Source: an uncultured archaeon
GTDB taxonomy: Archaea > Aenigmatarchaeota > Aenigmatarchaeia > QMZP01 > JACQNV01
Length of the DNA stretch: 59,495 nt
NCBI GenBank assembly: GCA_964410585.1
Contig: CAYPFW010000005.1
Location: 1-59,495, forward strand
Direction: 5' to 3'
This document shows, piece after piece, positions 27,478-37,189 of the stretch (position 1 is its first letter; each line of letters opens with the position of its first letter). The notes beneath the pieces are model-generated. The model did not search any database and was not told where the DNA came from. It was given only the letters and a program-made list of their open reading frames with translations. The position numbers and the translations under genes are program-made.

Positions 27478-28535
27478 ACTGCCATTGCTCTTCTTATAGC
27501 TGGATAAGAATTATAGTTTTCTACTTTGAAATCATCATAAGTAAGATCTTCTAGTTTTTTGCCTTGGGTTATTTTTAATGTGGGAAGTTGTTTAGGTTCT
27601 CGAGAAAGCTGTTCTAAACAAGCTGTTATATGATCTTGTCCTTCTTCTCCCTCTCTTTCTTGTGGTGCATTCTTATCAATCCAATCATTTACTGCCAAAA
27701 ATTCTTCTCTATTTTGAACTTTTCTAACCATTTCTTTTAGCTTGTCTAGATTGTCTCCATAGAATTTACCTCTCTCATTTTTTCCACAATATATGTGGGA
27801 GTCTCCGAATGTGTGCACAAACCTTCCTGGTTTCAATCCGGTTTGGTCTGCTATAATATTTGTTAAAAATGCGTAGCTTGCGATGTTAAATGGGACGCCT
27901 AAAAACATATCACAAGATCTCTGATAAAGTTGACAATCTAATCTACCGTCTTGTGTGTTGAAATGATAAAGTAAGTGGCATGGTGGGAGAGCCATGTTTT
28001 TAACCTCTATTGGATTCCATGCAGAAACTATGATCCTTCTGTCGCTTGGTTTTGTTTTAAGGAGATTTATCGCTTCAGCAAGCTGATCTATTTGTTTTCC
28101 ATCAGCTTCCCATCTTCTCCACTGTTTCCCATATACTGGTCCTAAATCTCCCCACTGTTTTGCAAAACCAGAATCGTTTTTTATTTTTTGTATGAAATCA
28201 TCTTTTTGCTTATTCCACTCAGAAGAATACATTGGATACTGTTTATCCAAGCCTTGTTTAACCAAATAATGTTGGAAGGCGTTACCGTCCCATATTGAGA
28301 CACCATTGTCAACAAGATATTTTATATTTGTGTCTCCTCTCAGGAACCAGAGAAGCTCGACTATAATTGATTTTGTGAACATTTTTTTTGTTGTAATCAA
28401 TGGAAAACCTTCAGACAAGTCATATTGATTTTGATAACCAAAAAGAGAAATAGTGTCTATTCCCGTCCTATTTGGTTTGTATCCTGAATATTTGCTTGTG
28501 AGAATTTCTATTAGGTGCTTGTGGAACTGTTCCAT
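27474..28535 (-). CDS. thyA: Thymidylate synthase
   Basis: ELLWF, LGPVYG.QWR, MALPPCH, YQRSCD..LGVPFN. Confidence 0.96.
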   Translation of the reverse strand: MEQFHKHLIEILTSKYSGYKPNRTGIDTISLFGYQNQYDLSEGFPLITTKKMFTKSIIVELLWFLRGDTNIKYLVDNGVSIWDGNAFQHYLVKQGLDKQYPMYSSEWNKQKDDFIQKIKNDSGFAKQWGDLGPVYGKQWRRWEADGKQIDQLAEAINLLKTKPSDRRIIVSAWNPIEVKNMALPPCHLLYHFNTQDGRLDCQLYQRSCDMFLGVPFNIASYAFLTNIIADQTGLKPGRFVHTFGDSHIYCGKNERGKFYGDNLDKLKEMVRKVQNREEFLAVNDWIDKNAPQEREGEEGQDHITACLEQLSREPKQLPTLKITQGKKLEDLTYDDFKVENYNSYPAIRRAMAV

Positions 28536-29143
28536 TATCCCTCCAAATGTTCCCTAACAACAGGCCAGCTTATTTTTGTCCACTTTTCAACATCATTTTG
28601 CGGGTCTGCGAAGATTTTTTCCAGCTCTTCCAGAGAATAGAGCCTGCCTTGTGCGATTTCTTCGTCTCCTTTTTCAACATCAAAATTAGTCTCAGCAACT
28701 GCGACAACTCCAAAATGGACCTGATTAACTGGGTCTGAATCATCGTTGATGAAACCAATTATTTTTGGCTGCGGATATTCTTGGATTTTTACTTCCTCTT
28801 TGAGCTCCCTCATCATACCGTTTTGTATAGGGTCTTCACAATCTTCTTTTTCTATATGTCCACCGATTCCACAAGACCATTTGTTCATCAATCTTGTCTC
28901 ACTGTAGCCTTTGACTGACCGTTTATATGCAAAGACTTTTTTTGTTTTTGGGTTTACAATCCATATATATGGAATTATTTGCTGCAAGGCTGAGTTTGTT
29001 TCGAGATTCTGACCTCTCTCATGGTATTCAAATCTAGAAAGAATTATTGGTATGAAATCTGATTTGGTTTTTGGCATGAAGCCCTCGAAATAGTTGCCAT
29101 TAAACAATACATCTCTTTTAACAACAAGCGCTTGTTTTACCAT
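28535..29143 (-). CDS. NUDIX-family phosphoesterase
   Basis: QIIPY, GIGGH, RELKEEV Nudix box; cotranscribed with thyA-folA. Confidence 0.85.
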   Translation of the reverse strand: MVKQALVVKRDVLFNGNYFEGFMPKTKSDFIPIILSRFEYHERGQNLETNSALQQIIPYIWIVNPKTKKVFAYKRSVKGYSETRLMNKWSCGIGGHIEKEDCEDPIQNGMMRELKEEVKIQEYPQPKIIGFINDDSDPVNQVHFGVVAVAETNFDVEKGDEEIAQGRLYSLEELEKIFADPQNDVEKWTKISWPVVREHLEG

Positions 29144-29178
29144 ACAATGTCAAAAATTAGAACAAAGGTTTAAATTTG

Positions 29179-30390
29179 TTAACTGCTTTCTGTGTTTTCT
29201 TTTTTCTTTCCAAAGGAGAAGAAGCTCTTCTTTTGGTTTTTTTCTGCTTGCTTTTTCTTGTGGTAAGCATCTACCCATTTTGAAACTTTTCCAACCCACT
29301 CACCAGAATCACCGACACCAGATGTGTTTCCTACTCCTAAAAGCAAAAGGTTGTCTCCTGGTTTTGTCCTTGCAACAGATCTTTTAATTGCCTCTCTAAC
29401 TTGAGGCAGGGCATCTTTTACAGCTTTTGGCATTGGCATTATTGCCTCTTCTTGCGACATCTTTACAATTATTGAATCAATTGGTGTGTTGTTTGAAATT
29501 GCAGCTTCTTCTATGTAGGATTTTTCAACACCTATGCCGCCCATTGCAACTCCTGTTCCTTCGGCCATTGAACCTGTTTTCTCGCCTTCCATTTTTGCAG
29601 CTGCATCAACTGTGATAAATCTTGTGATTTTATTTTTCTCTGCGACTTTTCTAACAGCAACTCCAGGATATCCAAGCCTTCCGCCGGGGCCTTTTGATTT
29701 CAAGACAAAAATATTTCTTTTATCATATGAAACTTTGGCCATTACAACATCTTCTTCAATTTCTGTGACTTTGTTTTTTCCAATTAAATCAGCTGCTACC
29801 AAAGGACCTATTGAATCTCCAATTGGCTCGCCTCTTGCAAGAGATTTTGTGCCTGCTTCTAGCGATTCTGCAATCTTTTCTATCATTGGAAGTTGCATTT
29901 GTATTAACATTGCTATCTGCACATTTTTTGTTTTTTTGACAAGCTCAACATAGTGTCTGACAACTTTTGCGACAAAGTACAAAGATATGCCACCTGCGAA
30001 GCCCATTTCTATGTTTGCTTTTTTGTCAGAGCTGGCTTTTGGTAGGACTTGATTTACAAAATAATCAAATCTGTCTTTTTGCTCCCTAACCATGTGATCC
30101 AATTTCTTCACTATTCCAGACGGATCTAGATCAACAGGAGAAATTGAGAAAAATTCATAGAACCTGTTCACTGATTCTTTTAATTCTTTTGTTTGCTTTA
30201 CACCCATTTCTTTTAGAAGGAATTTTTTAGATTCTTCTGACATTGTTTCAAGTTTTGTCACTGTTCTATCTAGTTTGTACATTATTTGGCCTATCATCAA
30301 ACGAGGATAAAACATGAAAAATACCATTAACAAAATGAACCAAACTATGCTAGAAAAGATATCCTGGCCCCCAAACTGGAAAGTTATCAT
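29179..30390 (-). CDS. DUF1512-family protein
   Basis: PVDLDP.G, PIGDSIGP, GPGG, VDAA.K.EGE, GVGNT.GV. Confidence 0.8.
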   Translation of the reverse strand: MITFQFGGQDIFSSIVWFILLMVFFMFYPRLMIGQIMYKLDRTVTKLETMSEESKKFLLKEMGVKQTKELKESVNRFYEFFSISPVDLDPSGIVKKLDHMVREQKDRFDYFVNQVLPKASSDKKANIEMGFAGGISLYFVAKVVRHYVELVKKTKNVQIAMLIQMQLPMIEKIAESLEAGTKSLARGEPIGDSIGPLVAADLIGKNKVTEIEEDVVMAKVSYDKRNIFVLKSKGPGGRLGYPGVAVRKVAEKNKITRFITVDAAAKMEGEKTGSMAEGTGVAMGGIGVEKSYIEEAAISNNTPIDSIIVKMSQEEAIMPMPKAVKDALPQVREAIKRSVARTKPGDNLLLLGVGNTSGVGDSGEWVGKVSKWVDAYHKKKQAEKNQKKSFFSFGKKKENTESS

Positions 30391-30498
30391 TTTACCCCAC
30401 ACAACTTTTGATATATAACCCAAACATTATATAAAGGTTATATAAGTTTTGCAGTTTTTAAATTCTGCGATCAAATATACTAAATTGGTTATCGGGAT

Positions 30499-30570
30499 GG
30501 AAGCCGTAAAAATTTTCGAATCGAGATGAGAAAATTTTAGGCTACTGTCAACCTTTTCCTAAAAGGTTGA
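30499..30570 (+). repeat. Structured intergenic element A, copy 2
   Basis: GGAAGCCGTAAAAATTTTC..GAAAATTTTAGGCT followed by hairpin TCAACCTTTTCCTAAAAGGTTGA. Confidence 0.55.
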
Positions 30571-30648
30571 TCAAAAATTTACAACGTGGAGGGTTAGAGG
30601 AACCGGAAACAATTGCATTGCAGGTTCCCTATTTTGGGACAAAAGGTT

Positions 30649-31185
30649 ATGAGTTGGAAACTATTGATCGGTGTTCTGTTGATTTTGATAGTTGTATCTT
30701 CTGGTCTTGTTGGCAATTTAGGTGGTTTGAAAGACAAACTTCTCTCTATTTTTCAGGAATTGGGATTGGAAAATAGTCCACTAAGTGGGATTTTTCAGGT
30801 TGGGAAGGAGCCAAAACAATTAGACTTAGTTATAACAGCAAATGTTTTGGACATAAAATCTGATGTACCCATTGCTTTGGAGTCGCCTGGTTTTAATGCA
30901 GCAGAGTTTATTGGGAATATAAAACTAGATTTTGAAAATGGAAAAGCTGTGTATACAGAAGACAACTCAAAGTTCAATTTTAACACAAAACTTGAGGGCG
31001 AGATCAAAAATTTGAAATTCAAGAAACTTGTTTTGGAAAACCTTGGCTTGAAGGTTTTGAGTGATTCTTGGGGTATTTCATCACAAAACGGAACAGTTGA
31101 AATCTATGATTTTTCTGGCAAAGGTGTGATAAAATCAGACAGCTTTGAGCTTATTGGGAATGCAACTGAAGTTGTGCGCAAATAA
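30649..31185 (+). CDS. Hypothetical exported or membrane-anchored protein
   Basis: N-terminal hydrophobic helix, beta-rich remainder. Confidence 0.65.
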   Translation: MSWKLLIGVLLILIVVSSGLVGNLGGLKDKLLSIFQELGLENSPLSGIFQVGKEPKQLDLVITANVLDIKSDVPIALESPGFNAAEFIGNIKLDFENGKAVYTEDNSKFNFNTKLEGEIKNLKFKKLVLENLGLKVLSDSWGISSQNGTVEIYDFSGKGVIKSDSFELIGNATEVVRK

Positions 31186-31212
31186 ATTAGAAGCATTGCA
31201 TGTATTCAGATA

Positions 31213-32586
31213 CTATTTCGTTCTCGTTTCAAAATCTTTTATTTCTCTAGGTATATCATCCGTATTGTTAGAGCATATACCATGTTGAGCGATTTCTGTA
31301 TGTAGTTCTGTTATTGGATTATTGTTTTCGTCATATTCTCCATGAAGCTCCCATTTTATCCAACAATATGTTCCATCTGAACCTTTAGCATAAGAGATGA
31401 ATACAGAATCCATTGTTAGGTTACCTTTGACATGGGTGGCTGATGGGGAGTCAAACCAAGATATAAACCCTTCTCCACTCTTGATATTTGTCGATCTCTC
31501 ATCCTCAGGGATTTCTATTTGGTAATCGTCATTACAATATGTCTCATTTTCATAGGGACATTTACCATTAGCATTCGGACTATTTGGAAAGTCATCTGAA
31601 TAGTAATATACTCTTTTTTTCTTCCACACCAGCTCACTTGGCCATGGTATACCACGAGTCCTTTTATACTCTTCATCAATAATATTACCATCTGCATCAA
31701 GTGTAATGGTTTCCAAAAAACTTTTAGTACCCTTAACTATTTGGTGGCTTGTGCAATTATCTGGGTTTCCAGTTATATCAGCTACTATCTCTACAGCAAA
31801 CACAACATCTGCAACAGTCATAATGTATAAATTTTCTGGAAGTGGGTCTTTATAAAAACCTAAGGGGGATCTAGTTGTTTTTGTTTCAACAATTTCACCC
31901 GTTTGCCAATTCCATGCGTATGGAAAATCATACTCATGTTCTGACTCCCCTTCTGTGTTTATTCTTATGTTTGTTGGAATACAAGATGTGTCTGTGTTTG
32001 GTTCACCACTTTCCGGGTTTCCTATTTGCAATTTAAACAATTTTATAATCCATTCGATAATCTCGCTTATTATAGGAATGTTTGATATAGATGAACTAAG
32101 GCCCCACGTATAAGGCTGATAGGATTTTTTATCAAAAGCATCCTTTTCAACTTTTCTTTCTGGGTTTTGTTTTGGTGGTTTTTCAGGCTGGGTTATTTGA
32201 AATTGTTTTTTAATTGGTAAGTTGTTTTGACACTCGTATTTGTTGTAAATTTTGTTATCGAGGAAATTTGTGTAGACGTTGGAACCGACTTTGATTGAAT
32301 TTTCAAGTGTTTCGCAGGATATAGAATCTGTTATTGTGATATCTTCCTGTGAAGTTTCAGAGTTGCTTATACAAAGAATCTGGTTTTCTATATTTTGTAG
32401 GCTGAAACCAGTTGGGCATTGGATATCTTGGGCTTTTGGTGCCGTTTGCACATCATCTGTTAATTGACCCCTTTGATTGGCTGTCTCATTTGTTTGGTTT
32501 TCTGGGGTTGTTGGATATTCTTCTGATATTGAAAGTGCAACTGGTATGAATAAGATGATTATCAGAAGAGGTAAAAGGTATTTCAT
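31213..32586 (-). CDS. Hypothetical secreted protein
   Basis: Signal peptide; acidic and Cys-containing; 457 aa. Confidence 0.65.
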   Translation of the reverse strand: MKYLLPLLIIILFIPVALSISEEYPTTPENQTNETANQRGQLTDDVQTAPKAQDIQCPTGFSLQNIENQILCISNSETSQEDITITDSISCETLENSIKVGSNVYTNFLDNKIYNKYECQNNLPIKKQFQITQPEKPPKQNPERKVEKDAFDKKSYQPYTWGLSSSISNIPIISEIIEWIIKLFKLQIGNPESGEPNTDTSCIPTNIRINTEGESEHEYDFPYAWNWQTGEIVETKTTRSPLGFYKDPLPENLYIMTVADVVFAVEIVADITGNPDNCTSHQIVKGTKSFLETITLDADGNIIDEEYKRTRGIPWPSELVWKKKRVYYYSDDFPNSPNANGKCPYENETYCNDDYQIEIPEDERSTNIKSGEGFISWFDSPSATHVKGNLTMDSVFISYAKGSDGTYCWIKWELHGEYDENNNPITELHTEIAQHGICSNNTDDIPREIKDFETRTK

Positions 32587-32660
32587 AGAATAATTTGGAG
32601 AGTTAAAGATAAAAGCACGTTTGTTGGTTTTGAAGATTATGTTAAATGGTCGAAGGCTAG

Positions 32661-34481
32661 CTAAACTTCACTTTGTACATCCTCTTTCTGTCCAACTAAA
32701 GTTTCTATTATTCTTGCATAAGCCGGTCTTGTGATTGTAATACCAACCCATATTCCAATTATTGTTGTAAGTGCGAAACCTCTCACAAATTCTGCGACCA
32801 AAAACATCAAAGGAAGCATTGCAAACACAGTTGTTGAAGCTGCTGAGAATATCATGAAGAACGCAGATCTCAATTTTTCTTTCAAGGTTGTCAGCTTTTT
32901 CTTTGTACCTTTCAGCGCCTCATCTGCTATTATAATTTGGTGGTCAACACCGACACCTATCGATGCTATTATACCAGCTATTGCAGGCAAATCAATTGTC
33001 CATGACATCGCTATACCTAAAACAGGAACAGAAAGCGCACCTAAAACAGCAAGTATATCGACCTCATGCTTTTTCCACCATGCCAAACCTATTATAATTA
33101 TATTAATAAACAAAACAAAAGCCCAGACACTTGAATCGTTTATCGCAGCTATCCCCAAAATTATCAAGGCCTCTGACACAGAAACAAGTGCCATTGGGAA
33201 AGATATTTTTATTTTTCTATACCTGACAAAAACAATTATCAAAACAACAACTGCACCAAGTGCTGCTATATAACCTGCAGAACTTAGGAAATTCCGACCA
33301 AGTGTTGGTGAAATAATGTCAGTAGATAGGACTTCAATTTGTATTGGAATTGAACCAGATCTTAGTATGGTTTGAAGTTGTAGAGATTCTTTTTTAGCTT
33401 CTTCTCTTGTTGATCTTGAACCTTCAATTTGTGGTGTTGTGTAAGGAACGCCACCTAAACTTCCAGCTATCCTTAGGTTAGTAATCAGCTCACCATCTAA
33501 ATATAGGAAGATTTCAGAGTCTTCTAAATATTCGCCAGATCCTTGTAAGGATAAGGATTTTGGTATCCCAGATGTGACCTTAGCAAATCTTTCAGCTCCA
33601 TTTTTTGAAACTAAAACAGTGAAGTAAAATTGGTAGCCGCCTGGTATTGGCTGTATTCCTGTCCTTTGTGCATCTGTGTATATCAATTCTATATCCTTGC
33701 CCTCGTACACATCACCAAGAAGGATTAATTTTGTTGGTTGAATGGATGAAAGCTGGAACTTGATGCCGTCTAATTCAAAAGTATTGTTTGTGTTTACTGA
33801 TCTACCCTCAATTATTATTGAACTGTTTGAAACTGAAAATGGGAATTTTTTCTCACCTAAAACTATTTCACCTTTACCATCCCTTACTGTAACAGGTTTT
33901 GAAACTTTTGCTTCAAATCTTCCTGTTTTTGTAAGCAGATCATTGACAACATCTGAACCTATACCACTTGCCTCTATCTGGATCAGTGTTCCAACATTTG
34001 CATCAGAAAGAGGACGGATTTTTATCTCTTTCAAACCAAACAAGTTGGCCCTTGTCTGAAGAATTTCTATTGTTTGAGCTATCAGGGCAGCGCTTGTGTT
34101 TGTTTCTTTTGGCTTTAAAATTAGACGTGTTCCACCTCTAAGGTCTAAGCCTAAGTCCAAATTTAATTTTTCGATGTCAATGACATTGATGCCTAGGTTT
34201 CCTGTTGAATTGAAAATATACTCCTGACCATTTGCAATCAAATAAACTTGGCCAGACAAATCTTTTGTCAATTCGTTCCAATCATTCACATTTTTAATAT
34301 CTAAATTATTGATCGATACGATTTGCATTCCTGTTTTCAATACATTATTTGCAGGAGAATCTTGTGTTATGTAAGCTACGACAACACCTTCTCGCCCATA
34401 GGGATATGTTTTTAATCCTACAGCTAAAAGTGATGCAATGACTGCGATAACCAATATCCAAACTCTCCAATACTTAAGCAT
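32661..34481 (-). CDS. secD: Protein-export membrane protein SecD
   Basis: LGLDLRGG, LRSGS.P, ISPTLG, GVGVD.QIII, RGFA. Confidence 0.95.
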   Translation of the reverse strand: MLKYWRVWILVIAVIASLLAVGLKTYPYGREGVVVAYITQDSPANNVLKTGMQIVSINNLDIKNVNDWNELTKDLSGQVYLIANGQEYIFNSTGNLGINVIDIEKLNLDLGLDLRGGTRLILKPKETNTSAALIAQTIEILQTRANLFGLKEIKIRPLSDANVGTLIQIEASGIGSDVVNDLLTKTGRFEAKVSKPVTVRDGKGEIVLGEKKFPFSVSNSSIIIEGRSVNTNNTFELDGIKFQLSSIQPTKLILLGDVYEGKDIELIYTDAQRTGIQPIPGGYQFYFTVLVSKNGAERFAKVTSGIPKSLSLQGSGEYLEDSEIFLYLDGELITNLRIAGSLGGVPYTTPQIEGSRSTREEAKKESLQLQTILRSGSIPIQIEVLSTDIISPTLGRNFLSSAGYIAALGAVVVLIIVFVRYRKIKISFPMALVSVSEALIILGIAAINDSSVWAFVLFINIIIIGLAWWKKHEVDILAVLGALSVPVLGIAMSWTIDLPAIAGIIASIGVGVDHQIIIADEALKGTKKKLTTLKEKLRSAFFMIFSAASTTVFAMLPLMFLVAEFVRGFALTTIIGIWVGITITRPAYARIIETLVGQKEDVQSEV

Positions 34482-35349
34482 ACAACCCTCGCTTTTTCAC
34501 TATATATCTCAGTACAGCTGTGTTTTGTATCCATGTATAGATCATATCTGCCATTAAACCAATTATAAGAACTGCTGCGATTTCTGATAAAACAGGCGAC
34601 AAGTTTGAGATGTATAAAACAACCAACACACCAATTGTTGTTGCTGACATTGTTATTCCTGTTTTCATTGCAGAGAATGTTTTGTCTTTTAGTGAGCCTT
34701 CATCATTTTTCAAAACTCTTGTTGCTAGAACAATGTCTGTATCAACCGAATATCCTATAAGCATAAGTATACCTGCAAAGCTTGCTAGGCTCAATTCCAT
34801 TCCAAAAATATTCATAAATGCGAGAGCTGTGACTATATCACCGATTGCAGCGAAAATTATGTTGAAAGAAGGACCAAATGATCTGTATACAATAAAAACA
34901 ACAATTGACATTGCTATGAATGCGCCAATAATACCTAGTTGAACTTGAGCCCAGAATGATTCTCCCAGGGCAGCACCTATTTGTCTGATTGAAAAAGAGT
35001 CTGTTTTTATTCCTTGATTTTCTAATTCTTTGAGCATGTCTTGTGTTTGTTTAGAATCTGTTTGGATGAAAAGCTCTCTACCATTAAAACCAGTTGATTG
35101 TTTAATATCAACTTTTCCAAACTTTGAAAGGTCTTTTGTGAGTTGATCTACGTTTACTTCTTTATCTATTGAAACTGTAAGGACATTGCCCCCCTTTAGC
35201 TCTATACTTCTTTCAAGAATTTCACCTGTTGATAAGTAGTTGTTTGCAAGCACGCCAACTGAAAACAGGAAAAGGACAATCGGTATTACCAATAGATATG
35301 TGTAATAATCTCTTTTCTTTTTTTCAATTTGAGGTTGCTCATTAGACAT
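34474..35349 (-). CDS. secF: Protein-export membrane protein SecF
   Basis: IELKGG, IGYSVDTD, GL..D...TW. Confidence 0.95.
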   Translation of the reverse strand: MSNEQPQIEKKKRDYYTYLLVIPIVLFLFSVGVLANNYLSTGEILERSIELKGGNVLTVSIDKEVNVDQLTKDLSKFGKVDIKQSTGFNGRELFIQTDSKQTQDMLKELENQGIKTDSFSIRQIGAALGESFWAQVQLGIIGAFIAMSIVVFIVYRSFGPSFNIIFAAIGDIVTALAFMNIFGMELSLASFAGILMLIGYSVDTDIVLATRVLKNDEGSLKDKTFSAMKTGITMSATTIGVLVVLYISNLSPVLSEIAAVLIIGLMADMIYTWIQNTAVLRYIVKKRGLYA

Positions 35350-35396
35350 AGGATAAATAAGGGGTTAGTATTTAAATTTTGATGATAAGGGAGATT

Positions 35397-36461
35397 ATGG
35401 AAAAATACGACATTATCATTGTAGGGGGCGGGCCCGTTGGGTTGTACACAGCTAGCCTGTTGCAGAAGGATTTCAAGGTTTTGGTTTTGGAAAAAGAAAA
35501 GGAATTAGGGAAAAAGGCATGCTCCGGTCTATACTCAAAGAAAATATTTGAGTTTGTTCCACAGGGACATTTCATTGAAAATGAGATTGATGGATGCACA
35601 CTTTATTCACCGAGCGGATCAAAAAAACATTTTGAGATAAAACAAAAGCCTTTTGTTGTGGATAGGGAGGAATTCAACAAGTTTTTAGCAGAAGGTTTGG
35701 AAAATTTAAAAATTGGGTGCAAGGTTGAAGTGATTGAATTTTTACAGGATTCCAAGAATTCAAAAACAAAAACCAATGGAACCAATGATGGTGTCAAAGT
35801 GAAAACAAACCAAGGCGAATTTCATTCTGAAATTATCATAGGCGCAGATGGGTCTAGATCAATTGTCAGACAACATTGGCAAGCAAAACCATTTGAAATT
35901 GTTTCAGGGTTGATAGGAATGGTTGAGCAGGACGACAGTAGCAGAGATGTTGGTGTTTGGTTCGACAAAAAACTCACAGAAGATGGTTTTTTATGGAAAA
36001 TACCTAGAGGGAAAAGGATAGAATATGGTATGCTTGGGTTGGATGTTAGCTATACAAAATTGGAAAAGTTTTTCGGGTTGAAAAATTACCAAAAAATTGC
36101 TGCACCAATACCAGTTGGTTTGCAGAAAAGTTTTTTTGAGCGGACTTTGTTGATTGGCGATGCTGCTTCTCAAACAAAACCTTGGTCTTTGGGAGGGGTG
36201 TTGTTTGGTTTTTTGGCTGCAAATGTTGCAAAAAATGTTTTGAAACAGGCTTTTGACAGGCAAGATTTTTCTGAGAAGAAGTTGGAAGGATATGAAATAG
36301 GTTGGAAAAAAGAATTTGGCGGAGCAATTGAGAAAGGCATGTTTTTCAGAGAGTTTTACAAAGAATTAGATAACAAAAAAATAGACGAAGTTTTTGAGAA
36401 AGTTGATGGTTTTGGGTTGAATGATGTTGATATGGACAATCCATTTTCGGTTATTGAATGA
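35397..36461 (+). CDS. Geranylgeranyl reductase-family FAD oxidoreductase
   Basis: GGGPVG, CSGL, GADG, F.W.IP, IGDAA...KP...GG. Confidence 0.85.
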   Translation: MEKYDIIIVGGGPVGLYTASLLQKDFKVLVLEKEKELGKKACSGLYSKKIFEFVPQGHFIENEIDGCTLYSPSGSKKHFEIKQKPFVVDREEFNKFLAEGLENLKIGCKVEVIEFLQDSKNSKTKTNGTNDGVKVKTNQGEFHSEIIIGADGSRSIVRQHWQAKPFEIVSGLIGMVEQDDSSRDVGVWFDKKLTEDGFLWKIPRGKRIEYGMLGLDVSYTKLEKFFGLKNYQKIAAPIPVGLQKSFFERTLLIGDAASQTKPWSLGGVLFGFLAANVAKNVLKQAFDRQDFSEKKLEGYEIGWKKEFGGAIEKGMFFREFYKELDNKKIDEVFEKVDGFGLNDVDMDNPFSVIE

Positions 36462-37157
36462 TTATAGCCTGTAGACTTGGACAAACGTTCCTTCTTCAGA
36501 ACCATCTCTTGGCCAAATTTTACACTCTTCTATCAATGTAAATCCATTTTCCTTAAACTGTGTATCAGCAAACTTCTTAGAAACCTTAAATTCAAAGTCG
36601 TTGCTTTTAGCTGTTTGTTCTAAAAATTCTTTGAGGCCCGGAATTGTTTTTTCTTTTTGTATGTTTTTGATTAGATTTTCATAATACAGTAAACAACTTT
36701 TTCTGTTTTCAAAATAGATTTCAGTTAGAATCAGTATGCCGCTCTTTTTCAGACACTGCTTTGCTTTCTCTATATACAAACCTTTCTTTTTGTCTGGGAG
36801 GTGATGATATGCAAAAATAGATAGGACAAGATCACATTCCCTTTTCAATTTTGCATCGACTATATCAGTATTCTGAAGCTCTAAGTGATTTGATTTAATT
36901 TTTGAGTGTTTTGCTATCTTAAGAAATTTTTTATTTATGTCTATAATTGTTGCTTTTTCTATGCCACCAACAGAGTCTGCAAAAACTTTTGTGTTGCTGC
37001 CAACGCCCCCACAAAAATCAGCAAGAACCAAACTATCCCAATTTTTTGTATATTTTTTTGCAAGTTCCAGGGATTTTGAAATTGCATCGACATAATCTGG
37101 TCTGCAGTTTTGGAATTTTATGTATTTATCAGGATCAAGATACGCATCAATGTCCAT
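36462..37157 (-). CDS. Class I SAM-dependent methyltransferase
   Basis: DFCGGVG, IDIN, FAYHHL motifs. Confidence 0.85.
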   Translation of the reverse strand: MDIDAYLDPDKYIKFQNCRPDYVDAISKSLELAKKYTKNWDSLVLADFCGGVGSNTKVFADSVGGIEKATIIDINKKFLKIAKHSKIKSNHLELQNTDIVDAKLKRECDLVLSIFAYHHLPDKKKGLYIEKAKQCLKKSGILILTEIYFENRKSCLLYYENLIKNIQKEKTIPGLKEFLEQTAKSNDFEFKVSKKFADTQFKENGFTLIEECKIWPRDGSEEGTFVQVYRL

Positions 37158-37189
37158 GTTAAATATTAATTAGGGAACTAATTAATTAT

